Assembly: GCA_002104905.1 (NCBI GenBank)
Contig: MCFE01000281.1
Span: forward strand, 1 to 64,000
DNA: 64,000 nt
Reading direction: 5' to 3'
Source of the DNA: Basidiobolus meristosporus CBS 931.73
Taxonomy: Eukaryota > Fungi > Basidiobolomycota
Shown here: one piece after another, positions 46,946-60,460 of the stretch
How the letters are laid out: the number at the start of each line of letters is the position of its first letter
Numbering within the stretch: position 1 is the first letter of the stretch
Notes under the pieces: generated by a model
What the model saw: the letters and a program-made list of their open reading frames with translations, nothing else
Databases searched by the model: none
Told to the model about the DNA's origin: nothing
Translations under genes and position numbers: made by a program

Positions 46946-49765
46946 TGTTGTAAGAGTCTTGGCAATATTGGAAGTGATTGGGAGAACAAGTAGATTATGT
47001 GGTTTTCACTTAATGATTTATTTAATATAAAAGTAATATTTATACTTTTACATGGTCTTAGCATAAACAACATGTAGAATAGGTTAATAAAGGTCCCAAG
47101 AGCATGTGTGCACAGCTTGGGGCTGTTTGGACAACTTTGAGGATTTTCAAGTTCTGGGTACCTGGTATTTTGGTGAAAATATTCTAAGTAAATCCCAACA
47201 AGGAACTTGATCAGTATTCTCTACAATTTTAAGGGTAATGATTGAAGTGACTAAGCTAGGTGAATATTTAGGTGGAATTACGAATTTTTAAAACACTCCC
47301 ACTCAGCTAAATGCTCATACTGACTAGTCCTAATTTTGACCTAAGATATTCAAACTTATATCTAGCTAATGGTTTGGTAAATATTTCTGCAATCATTTCA
47401 TCAGAAGGACAGTGAGCTAAGCTAACTAAGTTATTCTCAATAGCTTCATGTATGAAATGATGTCCAATATCTATGTGCTTAGTTCCAGCATGAAAAGTTG
47501 GATTTCTACTTAATTGTATAAATCCTTGATTATCCTGAAACAAAGTAGTAGGCATTTTCGATATGGGCCCAAGTCTGTAAAAAGCCTTATCAACCATATT
47601 GCTTCTTTGTAGCTTCAAAGGCTGTCATATACTCTGCCTCTGTGGTAGAAAGTGCTACAGTTGGTTGTTTTCTTGAATTCCATGAAATTGCTCCTTTGCA
47701 GTAAAGAAAGGTGTATCCTATGGTGGATCTTCTGTCCTCTAAATTTTGTCCCCAATCTGCACCAGAGTATCCCACGTGATCCTGCTCTGAATTCTTTTAA
47801 GTGTATCTTAAGCAGATATCATCAGTTCCTTTTACGTATCTAAAAATTGGCTTAACTGCTGCAGTAAGATCAGATCCATAGTTCTGATTAGGTTGGCTGA
47901 CAGCTTCCACAAAATATGAGATATCTGGACATGTTCCAAGCATGATATATATCCAAATGCTGACTATAGACTGATAAAGAAAGTCAGGGCTTTTAGATGG
48001 CACCAAGCACTATTGATTTGGCAGAATTTTGACCAAGCTAAGGTTTGTCTCCACTGGGGTAGCTGCCGGCTTACAGTCTTCCATTTTGTACCACTTTAGT
48101 GTATCTTGCATATACTTTGATTGGCTCAGGGTAATAGTCTGGGTACTTCTATCTATGGAGAACCTAATCCCTAAGTAATAACTGAGTTATCCTAGATTGG
48201 CACTCTTGAACTCCTTGGATAGGCTGGACTTAGTCTCTTCCAATGTTTCTAAGTTATTGGTGCCTATAATAAGATCATCCACATACAGAGCTTATAGAAC
48301 TGGACTTGCTCTATTTGGCTTATAGTATGTACTATAGTCAGCATTGCTCCTTTGGAAACTCAAAGATTCCAAATAAGAATCTATCTTACAATTCCAGGCT
48401 CTTGGTGATTGTTTGAGACCATATAGTTACTTTTTAAGGTTGCAGACCAAATGAAGGTTATCTTGGTCAACAAACCCATCAGGCTGGTCTATATACACAT
48501 CCTCATCAAGTTCACCACTCAGAATTGCAGTTTTTACATCCATTTGATGAATAAAAAACTTATATTTGGCTGCAATAGCCAATATTAATCTGATGATATT
48601 AAACTTGGCTATGGGTGCAAAGGTCTCCATATAGTCTAGTCCTTTTGTTTGAAGTATTCTTTGGCCACAAGTCTTGCTTTGCATCTTTCAATTGTACCAT
48701 CAGCCTTATATTTTGTCTTGAAGACCCATATGCATCCAACTGATTTTTGGTTGATTGGTTTGACTAAGTTCCATGTTTGAATTTCCATCAGGGCCTGATA
48801 TTCCTCAGTCCTTGCAGATCTCCAAAGCTTTGTCTGAGGGCTATTTAGGGCCTTTTTTACAGTCTGGGGCTCATCAATATGGACTTAATAGGAGTAGGCT
48901 AAGTTTGTACCCTCATTGATATAGTAATTTGGCCTTTTTCTTGTCTGATTGAGTCTCAGGGCTTTTGATACTGGAATGATCACTTCTGGAGTATACCTGG
49001 GCACTGCTTCAGACTGGACCATGGTTGTAGAGTCCTGTGGAGTGAAAAAACTTTCATTGCGTTCCTATGATTCAATCCTGACAATTGATGAACATGAGAT
49101 CAGATGTTTGCCAACATGTGATGTCATTTTTTTTGAAAATTTTGAATTTTCATCAAACAACACATCCCTGGACTTACTTAGCTTCTTTGCTTTGGTATTG
49201 TGGAGTCTGTATGCTTTGCTCTCATTTCAGTAGCCAAACAATATGCATTTTACATTTAGACTAAAATTTTAACAGATTTCTGGAATGTTGCTTGGCATAT
49301 GCTGTACATCCAGTTATTCTTAGATGCTCTGCACTTGGTCTGTATCCATACTATGCTTCAAGTGGAGTAGAACTACAAAGTATTCTGTAATAACTCCTAT
49401 TTCTAAGGTGCACAGCAGTGGCAACTAATTCTGCCCAAAAATCATAGGATAATTTTTTATCATGGATCATAGATCTTGCCATACTAATTATTGATCTGTT
49501 AGCACGTTCTGCTACTCCATTGTGTTGTGGGGAGTATGGTACAGTAGTCTCTTGCTTTATCCCATGAATCTTGCAGAAGTGGATGAAGAGTTTTGAGGTG
49601 TATTCACCACCATTATCAGAGTGTGTTTTCTTGATTTTTTCACCAGGTTCTCTCCACCATGGCTTTGAGCTCCCTGATGTTGGACAGCACTTTTCCTTTC
49701 TCTACATGAGGTAAACCCATGTCTGTCTTGTATAATCATCAATAAAAGTGATTAAATACTTCATC
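46946..49765 (-). mobile_element. Degenerate copia X copy: 3' LTR (46946-47295), PPT, RH-RT-IN
   Basis: GYSGADWG, FQDNQG and HQMDVKTA fragments. Truncated in IN by the Y element at 49766. Confidence 0.85.
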
Positions 49766-50953
49766 TGTTGTGTTGTATTATGATTAGTTTGGGGCTTGTT
49801 CTACAATGTAGAGGCTAATCAACAATATACAACAACTTCCAGTATGCTAATACTGAAATAGTTTATTGGGAGTTTGATATACCAATAGAAGATATAACTT
49901 TCACTAATTTCCTCAATCTTAGGCTCAAAATATACTGTAGGCAGTGTTTATCACTTCTACAGTAGTGTTCTGACCTTCTGTTGACTAATGGGCTTATTTA
50001 CTTTTATAGTAACTTTTCCTTATTTAGAAGTCACTTTCCTTTCTGAGAGAATATTTCCTAATATGGATATTCTGAACTCCCCTTTAACCTAAATGGCTGT
50101 GTTTTAGAAGTCTCTAAAGGGGTGTCTAAAGGGGTGTCTTTAGAGTAAAGGGGCTTCTTGTAGTGGTCTCTAATGTGGACTTTACACTAAAGGGGTGCCT
50201 AAAGGGGCTTCTTTAGAGTAAAGGGATTTCTTAAAGGGGTCTCTAAAGGGGTGTCTAAAGGGGTTTCTTGGAGGGCACTTTTCTGACAGAAAAGTGGTAG
50301 TTTCTTGTAGTACTTAGATTGGATTCTTGTGAGCTTTGCAGTCTCTTTACTGATGTAGTACCAATCAAAGTCAGAATACTCAACAGTGCAAGTGATGCAG
50401 AGGAAGTCTTATAACCTTTAAACTTGTAATTGTAGTGTGGAGATTCTGGAAAGAGAGGCTCTCCTTTATTTTTCAGCTGGGGAAGTCATATATATGAAAA
50501 TATTGAAGGATCAAAGTTTTTAGGCAATTGCGCAAGCAATACATGTGATACAAAGCTAAAATTTTGCAGTGGCGCAGATTGGACATAGGCGCAGCACCTG
50601 TGAGCATCTCACGTGATTTGATTAGCTAGCTCAAAAGTTACATGCAATCAAAGTCACCCTAGTAATCTTAGCAATAAGGCATAGTATATATAATAATTGG
50701 ACTCTTTTGGTCATAACTCCTTAAGTACTGCTTCAAATGAGCTGTAATTTGAAATATGTGTTGGCTACTATGTGTTCTGTATGACATAATATTCTTAGGT
50801 GGATTGCTTGTCAGGGTCTGGAGCATTTGTTCTTCAAAGTTGGAAATTCTTGATCTTTCACTTGTGTGTTATGATAGCAAAAAGCAAAATAAAGAAATGA
50901 GTGCAATATTGGTTTAGAGATAATGTAGTAATGGAATACTTTCCATAACCACA
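49766..50953 (-). mobile_element. LTR-like element family Y, copy 2 (1188 bp, no Z insert)
   Basis: Reverse complement of 33167-34950 without Z, with an expanded AAAGGGG(T/C)-type minisatellite at about 50110-50275. Confidence 0.85.
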
Positions 50954-51023
50954 AGTCTCCCCTAACTTTGAGAAATAATGTCCTCATTATTACTTCTGAT
51001 ATGGAACTTCTTCAATCTCATAT

Positions 51024-52348
51024 TCAAATACCGGATTTTACCTACCACTATAGTGGTGTGGTGGTGTATAGGTCCAAGGGAGAAATACATCCAACACTTC
51101 TCAAGTGTTTTGTGTGTGGGATGTTCACTGGGTGCAATAACCTCTGGCAAAAGCTTGCTAGGAATACTTGGGTTCTGTCTCTAATCTAACGTGATGGGGA
51201 ATAAAGCCACAAGCTTGTCAAGGGAAAACTATTGAGCTCCAATCCCCAACTTAGTTGGTGTCTTAACAAAAGTATGTGCTGGGTTCAGCATCCTTTGAGA
51301 TGACAATGTAATAAAGCTTCCAAAATCAAAACAACTGTAAACTCCACCAGCAGGGACTTGATAAGAATGTAGCTGTGGTCAATAGTTACAAAGACAGAAA
51401 AGTATCTTTGCCTGTACAAGAACAAACTTGGGAAAGAATCAAATATAATAAAAGATACCTACTCTGAGTATTCCTCACAAGTAGTGCCTCCAAGGTCAGT
51501 TGGCTGTCAGCGCAGTTTCCTGGGAGTGTCCTGTAGTCTGGGGTTGGAAGTTCAGGTGGCAGCAGGTAGCAGTGAACACACTAATCAACAAGTTGGTATA
51601 TTGATAAAAGGGATGATGATTTATTGTTGAGGGATAGCCTCCCTTATATACTTTTCTCACTGGCTAAGTGATTACTAAGCATGGTATTCCAGAAGGTTCT
51701 GGATATCAATAGAAATCTTAACAACATCAGAATGACCTAAGAATGTTCTAAGTAGGTGCCAGAAGGTTCTAAGAGGCACAGCACATCCAACCAATCAGGA
51801 ATCAGTATTCTGAAACCTGTGTAACATGGGGATACCATATATGGTATGGAAATGGTAGGGATGGTGACACGCATTGATCATGTGTCACAGGTACTGGTGC
51901 AGGTACTTGCCTAATATAGAAGCACTTATAGCTAGTAATCTTACATAAAGTGAGGGGTAACTTATGCAATAAGGTAAGCAGGTGTGATAGTCCACCGGCT
52001 GATGGGATAGTAATGATTGGGTCAGACAAATGGGATAAAACTACAATAAGTGTAGTAGAGATATAGGGAAGTAGAAAATAAGGGAATGAGCACATCTGTC
52101 AGTGGGTGTCACTGTCACCCCACTACAGTGGTATCTGTTCACGCACATGATGCAAACATTATAAGTGTGCAATCATTTGTGCCAACCTCATCATGTCAGA
52201 CTGTGCCATAGTTTTCAAGACTGTCCCACATGGTGCAATTTCATCCAAGAGCAATCCTGTCTACTTGTAGCTATAATAGTGCGCCCAATTGTTCTTAGAG
52301 ACCACAGATTGCACCACACGCCCTGGCACGGTACAATGGAATAAGTCT
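51024..52348. mobile_element. CpG-decayed copy of the Harbinger right terminus, interrupted by solo LTR W1
   Basis: 51024-51056 plus 52128-52348 align to 44020-44272 and end in GGAATAAGTCT. Confidence 0.8.
51057..52127. mobile_element. Solo LTR family W, copy 1, 4-bp TSD GTGG
   Basis: TGTGGTG...CACTACA flanked by GTGG. The empty site (ancestral GCGG) is at about 44049 and a second copy is at 54710-55744. Confidence 0.8.
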
Positions 52349-53049
52349 AATATATATGAAAATTCTGAAGGATCAAAGCTTTTTCTAAGCAAAGTAAAGA
52401 AATGGGTGCAATTTTGGTTTTGAGATATGTAATAATGTAATACTTTGCATTAGCACAACTCTTGTTATGAACTACAATTTCTCTTTGAAAAACTCTGCTC
52501 TGATGCATCTGTTTTGGCCTTCTTGTCCCTTGCTGGCACTCTTCTTGCAACCTGATATTTCTTTCCTGCTTGTTTCAAGCTCTCAACTGTAGTTGTGACA
52601 GGCTCCTGTAAAAGCTGCTGGCTTTTATTATTGCCAGGTCCTTCACTTATACTTTGATGGAGAGCTTCTTGAGTGGTACTATGCTTTTTCCTTGATAAAT
52701 GTTGTGCTGGTGCATCTGTGTCCACCAGCTTGTCCCTTATTTGCACTCTGTGGGTTATTACTGACTGTACCTGGTGAGTGGGAGAGCTTGTAGGTCAAGT
52801 CAGTACCACTTGGTTCAGAATAGCTCCAATAGAAGGTAGCAAGGTAATAAAGACTTGTGTTTATTTTGTCCCAAATCTCCTTGTTCTCTTAGTTGGTTCA
52901 ATTGGGTAGATATATATCACTTGGGGGCTTAGACAATAGACAATGTGTTATAAAATAGGGGTGTGAACACCTTCCTGTTATGGTAAGTGTTCTAACTAGA
53001 TAAGGGCCATAAGATACTTACTTAGCATACCAATGCTGGCCCAAAATCA

Positions 53050-53950
53050 GTTTGCCTGTTTAATCTAAGATAATGCTGGTGGAAAAAGTCAAGTGCATTC
53101 TGCATGGCCTTAAGTCCCTGATGGTCCCATGGTATGCTAGCCTTAAGGTGATGGCATGCCAAGCTTCTGATGGCTACTTGAATATTAGCCCACTCTTCAT
53201 TATTGGACTAAATGGCTTCACTGATCTTCATTGTCTTTGGATTTTTAGGCCTTTGTATAAACACCACATTGTCTCTCACCCATGCTGATAGGGTTTTCTG
53301 TGAGCTTTATCTCTGTGCACTGTTGTTGTGCCTCAAAAACTGTACAGTGTGCCTCTACTGTCACATTGGGAAATAGCTCAATTCTTGGCTGTGACATTAA
53401 GCAACTTGAGTTCCATCTTTGCAGCAAAGATACTGCTTTCTCTACCTGGGATATTGATTGCTATATATGTATTATCCACTAATCCTGTTTCTGGACTATT
53501 TGCTGATTTCTCTAGGGCATCACCTCTATCCTATCAGTCACTGCGCCTAATTGCTTCATTAATACTTTAGTATGAGCAGACATTATACTTGCTAATATGG
53601 GTGGTGGTGAAGTTATGATGGCTACTTGCTGGTCTTCAACTGAGGGTACTGCAATTGCTACATTCTCATCTGCCTGAGCATAATAGTCAGCTTGTGGCTC
53701 TGCAGAGGTTCTCAATTGCCTACTTGACTGTGAGCCTGAGAAGTCTACATTATAACCTTTAGTGGGAACACTGTCAACATGGTACTTTTTGGATGTAGCC
53801 CTGCTTGTTGCACTGAATGTCACAGCAAGCTGTTGTCCAACTGTTCTTCTGCTGCTGTCAGTGGTGGGGTTTGGCTGGGAACCAGACAACTTTGCTTTAT
53901 TTTTGACCGCATATATATGGAAGTGAGTCAAGCCAAAGAGGAGATAGTGT
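53050..53950 (-). pseudogene. Degraded retroelement gag-like relic, paralogous to 57900-58650
   Basis: Shared blocks such as gagttccatctttgcagcaa..atactgc and attagcccact.ttcat. Ends are approximate. Confidence 0.45.
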
Positions 53951-54114
53951 TACATATTCACATGTATGTAGTGCAACATCTTTATTTATAATGCTTACCA
54001 TGGCAGGTCATCAGGGAATCTTACATTCATATTGGTGGATGTCTCAAATACAAGACTATCTTAGATTGACATGAGTATTGACTAAAAAGTGATAATATAT
54101 TATTGCAGTGTTGA

Positions 54115-56550
54115 ATGTCAAACTGTTTGCCCCATGGACAAGAATACCTTAATTCATCACCATATGAAAGAGAAAAAAGCCCATGTTGCTATTGTAGCAA
54201 GCCTCTGAGCTATGAAGCATGCAGACAGCATAGGAAGTATTACAAGGATTACAGCCAGTGTTTTACCATACAAGTCATATTTCACCATTCATCAGTTACT
54301 ACCGTACCAACATTTTCTTGCTGGTTAGTTAATACTTCTATATTGGCACTGGGCTGTGTTTATCACCTTGCACAAACTGTGTCAGTTGAGTTTGTGATGC
54401 CTTTAGGCTCACCACAGCCTTTTGAATATGGCCCACAGAGTGATAGCTCTGATGAAGGTTCACTGATGGATTGTAAGCCTATATCCCCTAACAACAGTAC
54501 CACACATGAGCCCAGTCAGATCCCAATATGTAATAAGACAACACCCTTTGAAACAAATGCCAATGATAGTTTATGGAGCCAAGTGAGCCCAGTAATCCAC
54601 ATACTGGTGAATGATGTAATGTTGTGGCTAGAGAAGTGGCATATTTCCACTAATATCAGTAATAGGGGCTTTGAGGACTTATTACTACTTCTGGCCAAAA
54701 TCATTCTGTTGTGGTGATTATAAGTCCAATGAAGAGATATGTCCAACACTTCTCAAGTGCTTTATGTGTGGGGTGTTCAATGGGTGTAATCACCTCTGGC
54801 AAAAGCTTGCTAGGAATAGTTGGGTTTTGTCTCTACACTAAAGGGAAAAGTATTGAGCTATAATTCCCAACTTGGTTGTCTTCATAACAAAAGTATGTGC
54901 TGGGTTCTGTTTCCTTAGAGATGTCAATTTACTAAAGCTTCCAAAGTCAAAACAACTGTAAACTCCACCAGCAGGGACTCAATAAGAATGCAGCTGTGGC
55001 CAATAGTTACAAAGACAGCAAAGTAACATTGTCTGTACAAGAACAAACTTGGGAAAGAATCAAATGTAATAAAAGATAACTACTCTGAGTATTCCTCACA
55101 AGTAGTCCCTCCAAGGTCAGTTGGCTGTCAGCATGACTTCCTGGGAGTGTCCTGTGGTCTGGGGCTGGAAGCTCAGGTTGCAGCAGGTAGCAGTGATTAC
55201 ACTAATCAACAAGTTGGTATATTGATAAAGAGATGATGATTTATTTTTGAGGGATTGCATCCCTTTTATTCTTCTCTCACTGGCTAAGTTACCAATGATC
55301 ATGTTCCACAAGGTTCCAGAGATCAATAGAAATCTTAATGACATCAGAATGCACTAAGAGTATTCTCAGTAGGTGCCGGAAGGTTCTAAGTGGTACAGTG
55401 CATCCAACCAATCAGAAATCAGTACTTTGAAACCTGCATAGTATTGGGATACTGTATATGTTATAGAAATGGTAGGGATGGTGATATGGGTTGAGCATGT
55501 GTCATGGGTACTGATGTTGGTACTTGCCTAATATAGAAGCACTTACTGCTAGTAATCTTACATAAAGTGAGTGATAACTTATGCAATAAGAAAAGCATTT
55601 GTAATAGTCAGCTGGCTCATGGGCTAGTACAGATCAAGTAAGACAAGTGGGATAAAACTAAAATAAGTGTTGTATTGAAATAGGGAAGTAGAAAACATGG
55701 GAATGAGCACATCTGTCAGTGGGGATTACTGTGACCCCACTACACCAAGATGTAACTTACCATGTACATGGTACAAGTAGACAACCATCATGCAGCTGGC
55801 AACATATGACCCAGAGATTGTCCTGATTCCAGCATGTGTTAACAGTGGTATGGCATTCATATCCAAAAATGTTACCATTGCAATGTGTCCAAATTGTCAG
55901 GAATTCACTACCATTAAGGGAAAACATTGTTCACACTGCAAACATATCTGCTAATACCCCATCTAAAGAAGCTAATGCAGCTTGACAAATATTGTAAAGC
56001 AATACAGTATTGCATTCATTATTAATCAAGCACAAACATACGCCACATTAGATGGCAAATATTTCAAACAGCTAAGAAGCAAGGACTACCCTGATGGTAT
56101 GTATGACTATGCATTTGCCTTAGCACTTGATAGACTCTCTTTAAGCAAGTAGTCTACCAAAAGATCCTGCTGGCCACTGATTCTCATCAATCTGAATCTG
56201 CTACCCATCTTACAGTATTGGAGCTAAAATCTGATGGTAGTCTCACTGGTATCTGGGCCAAAATCACTGTCTACTGTGGATAACTACCTGTATCCATTGA
56301 TAGATGAATTTGGAATGCTTTCCAGTGGTATATTAGTAAATGTCCATCATGTAAACATGCATATTATTATCTGCATTGGAAATACCCCAGCCATCAGCAA
56401 CATAGCAGGTTTTTCCAAGTACAATGGATGGTATTGCTGTCAAATGTGTGAGATCCAGTGGATTTACTCCATAACTCACACACATTATTATTACACAAAC
56501 ACCTGCACTAAGAACATCATCTTTCCACAGAGATGCAAGTAATGGGCAGC
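54115..56550 (+). pseudogene. CACTA/EnSpm (Transposase_21-like) transposase relic interrupted by LTR W2
   Basis: ISNRGFEDLLLLL before W2. After W2: NLP...PACVNSGMAF...CPNC, WPLILINLNL, VSGPKS...YLYPLIDEF, GNTPAISNIAGF and CCQMC. Confidence 0.65.
54710..55744. mobile_element. Solo LTR family W, copy 2
   Basis: Full-length match to 51057-52127. No TSD visible. Confidence 0.8.
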
Positions 56551-57899
56551 TAATTACCAAATATTCATAGGGATTTGGATGTCTAAAGAGGCTCAGCATG
56601 CTGGCAGATAAGTACAAAGGAAAGGCATGTGTAAGAGATATCAGTGGAATAGGTAAAATGAACAAGATACCAGCCAATGCACAGCGCACTTGTATCAAAT
56701 GATAACCACAATGAGAAATATGTCTGGTGCATGATCAAGAGTAAATAAAGCAAGAAAATTACCACTCTGAGCAATATAAGTAGATTGAATGAAACTAACA
56801 GTAACTGCACTCTACTACTTGCAGCATGGTTGGAGTTATGGTGTCAGACTGACCACAGCACTATTGAGGTGCTGGCAATATGTGGCACTATCCAGGCAAC
56901 TAGACCACAAAGAAAAAAATTAAGAAAAGGCCAGTAAAATACCATCATAATATCATCTGAATTCCAAGTTTCTGAAAATTGGCAACTCTCAAAATCTCTG
57001 TAGTTAGCTGATGAGCAGGCAAGCAATTGTGCTCTTCAGGAGGAGACTAGGCCAGCAGGCATCCATACCAAGTTTAATAATTAGCCCTGAAATATTGAAT
57101 TAAAAACATTAGCTGAGTATAAGCAAAATACCATTAGAATACCAGCTAAATACCAGCTGAAAATCAGTTGAATTCAATTTTGAGATTTTTCATAGATGAC
57201 TTGTATCTCAGCTGTACTCCCATTTTCCATGACTTTAGAGGGAGCACTACAGGCTTATGCCATTATTTACCCATGGGCTTCCATATGCTGTGGTATACAG
57301 CCTTCAATATGTTTTTTAGCACCTCATCTGTCAGTCTTTGCAGCCAGTCCTTTTAATAGTCAGGTATGTTTTCTTGAGCACTGCTGCAGAAGAAGTGCTC
57401 TGTCCACTTCGTGTACTTGTTGATGTTCTAAGGCCTACTGTTGGCAGGAGACTTGCTTAATTTGAAAGCTCTACATTAAGCCATCAGTACCAAATAGTGC
57501 CATAGTGTGCAAGTGAGGTAAGCAGCAGTGTATCAGGCCATTCAGTGTGAAATGTAGCTCACATCAGCAAATGCTTATGGTGCTCAATACAAGTGGCAAT
57601 CTGAACATAGCTGCATAGGCTTATAACATCTTAAATAAATGCATTTCACCTCCTTGGTCCACCAGTACAATCTAACACTATAAACAGTTTGTAATGGTTT
57701 AGTTAGGGCAAATATATACATTTGGCAGATAACCTGCCCTTTACCTGTGCTCATCTGTCCACCTGACAATTCATTGAGCTTTCAGCCCTACATGCGATGG
57801 ATTCTTAAGTGAGCCATAAGTACTTGTTCATGGCACCCATGCTCCTCTGCCTTTGCTGATGCTTAGCATTATGAGTTTTCTATTCAGCATGCCAATGCC

Positions 57900-58650
57900 A
57901 ACCTAGACTCTGTTTCCCTTTTTGAATCCAGAATAATTCTGAGGAAGCTGGTCAATCATATTTTGCATGTGCTCAAGTTCCTGACAGTCTCATATTATGT
58001 TGGCCTTTAGATGATGCCATATCTGACTTCTTATAGCCTCATGAAGATTAGCCCACTATTCATCATTGCACCCATCCACTTCATAAATTTTCAGTGTATT
58101 TTTACTTTTACTCAGTTACAGATACCATAGACTATCCCTTCAATCGTATAATGGGTTTCTTGGAGGGCTTGCTTATTGTTAACCATTGTTGTGCATCAAT
58201 GACTGCATAGTGCTCCTGCACTAGTACATGGGAAAAAGGCCCAATTATGATCTGAGACATTGAGTTGCCTGAGTTCCTTCTTTGCAGCAATAATACTGCA
58301 GTCTGTACCCAGGATATGGAATGCTCTAAATTCCCTACTCACTCAACCTGTGTTTGCCCCACTTTTTAACTTTTTTGTGCCATTGAACATGTCCTCATAG
58401 GCACTGCACCTAGTTGCTTCATTACTAGTAGTGTTGATGTTACAACAGTTGCGTGCTATTCATTCACTAGAGGCACTGCATTTGCTACATTCTCCCCTGC
58501 CTGGGCATGGTGAATAGGTTGTGGCTCTGCAGATATTGTATACTACCTACATGACTAAGAGCCTGAGGAGTGTGCAGTATTCCCTTCAATGGCCACACTG
58601 TGAATATGGTCATTTTTGGATGTAGCTGCACTTATTACACTGAATGTTGA
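57900..58650 (-). pseudogene. Degraded gag-like relic with a CCHC-like knuckle
   Basis: Hand translation gives YYCCKEGTQATQC (decayed CxxCx4Hx4C) followed by SPPRNPLYD. Confidence 0.45.
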
Positions 58651-58652
58651 AG

Positions 58653-60460
58653 TGTTACAAGTCCTGCTATAAGAGTTGTAGAGCAATAGGGAGTTTAGCT
58701 AGTATTGTATTCACTAAAACTTGACTGATTTTTATTGAGGTTCCAGCAGGTCTTATACACATTTTGCCAGATCAATTGCTGACTAATTTTACCTCCTAAT
58801 GTAGGTTATGGCTGATGACTCATTTGCTTTCATCTTCATCACCCAAAAAGATTCTACCTATTCTATCTATTCCTGCCTGATAAGAATCTGCTGATTCATT
58901 TGCTGACTAATGCTACTAATTTGATAGATAACACTGATACACATATAGGCTAAACATGCAACTAATTGATTGGACTAAAAGCTGATCAAACTAAGACATC
59001 AAAAGGTAGATCACAACATTCTCCCCTACTAAAGTTGAGAGGGTTCTCCTGAATCTCCTTTCTTGTGATACCAATATCTTGATGGTTTGGTTTAGCCAGC
59101 AAGTCTTGTAAGCTTGAGTCTGTCTCTATGGGCCAAATCTTCCTGGATATTCCCTAGTTTGTCCACCAGTTAGTAAGCTCCAAATGGACATTCTCTGATG
59201 ATATTTTAAATATCCTGTTCATTGGGGCTCAAACTTCTTCCAAGAGTTGTTTCTCAGCAATACAAAGTTCCCAACTGTCAATGATTCCAACAATATAGTC
59301 TTATCAAATACCAATATCTTGATGGTTCAGTATTGTCAGCAAGTCTTGCAAGCTTGAGTCTGTCTCTATGAACTAAATCTTCCTGTATATTCCCTAGTTT
59401 GTCCACCAGTTAGTAAGCTCCAAATGGACATTCTCTGATGATATTTTAAATATCCTGTTCATTGGGGCTCAAACTTCTTCCAAGAGTTGTTTCTCAGCAA
59501 TACAAAGTTCCCAACTGTCAATGATTCCAACAATATAGTCTTATCAAATACCAATATCTTGATGGTTCAGTATTGTCAGCAAGTCTTGCAAGCTTGAGTC
59601 TGTCTCTATGAACTAAATCTTCCTGTATATTCCCTAGTTTGTCCACCAGTTAGTAAGATCCAAATGGACATTCTCTGATGATCTTAAAAGGTCCTGTCCA
59701 TTGTGGCTCAAACTTTTTCTGATTATTGTTTCTCAGATATTCAAAGTTCCCAACTGTCAATGATTCTGGTGATATAGTCCTATCAAATCTCTGCTTGATC
59801 TTATCTGCACTTTGAGATACTTTGGTCTGTGCCTCTTGATATCTTTGTTCCAGCTGCTGATGACTGCCTGGCTGACTAAGCTATTCTTCTAAGGTGTCTC
59901 TAAGCTTTGGTTGTGTAAGGTCTCCTGGAATCTTTGGTACACATCCATACACTAAGTAAAATGGCAATTGTTAGGTGGTGTTGTGTACTCTAACTCTGCA
60001 TGCAAAGAGTGCTGGGTCTATATACTCATCCCAACTGCTGACAGCCCCATTTGCATACTTTGGTCAGCATTTTGGAAATAACCAACTAAGTTGCTCAGTG
60101 GCTCCATTAGTTCTATGGTGATATGCCAAGGTTTTCAAGTGTCTGATGTGCTGCATTTCCATGTAAGCTTCTGATGTCCTTGCCATAAAGTTTGCTCCTC
60201 TAACAGATAGAATCTCTACAGGGCATCCAAACTTCATAAGGATCTCATGGTAGACAAAACTTGCAACTTCTTCTTCACTGGCTACAGGTATTGCTTTGGC
60301 CACTGGTCATTTGGTGGCATGGTCAATTGCTACTAGGATCCAACAGTTGCATTTCCTGGTAGTTGGCAGTCTTCCTATAAAGTCAATCCCCCATCTTTCA
60401 AATAGCTGTACAGGCTCTAAGCAAAAGAGTTCAGCAATTCTCTGTGGTCCTGGCTTCTGA
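58653..60460 (-). mobile_element. Ty3/gypsy (family T) 3' remnant 1: integrase, PPT, 3' LTR (58653-59018)
   Basis: WGIDFIG, VAIDHATK, KFGCPVEIL and GANF. PPT AGTAGGGGAGAA abuts TGTTGTGATC. The LTR is repeated at 62687-63055. Confidence 0.85.
59147..59657. repeat. Perfect 240-bp tandem duplication in the gypsy integrase C-terminus
   Basis: 59161-59400 is identical base for base to 59401-59640. A third, diverged unit flanks it. Confidence 0.95.

Noticed and set aside
52121-52127. CACTACA as a CACTA transposon terminus
   Set aside because: It is the 3' end of LTR-like element W: TG...CA ends, GTGG TSD, and the same end at 55738-55744.
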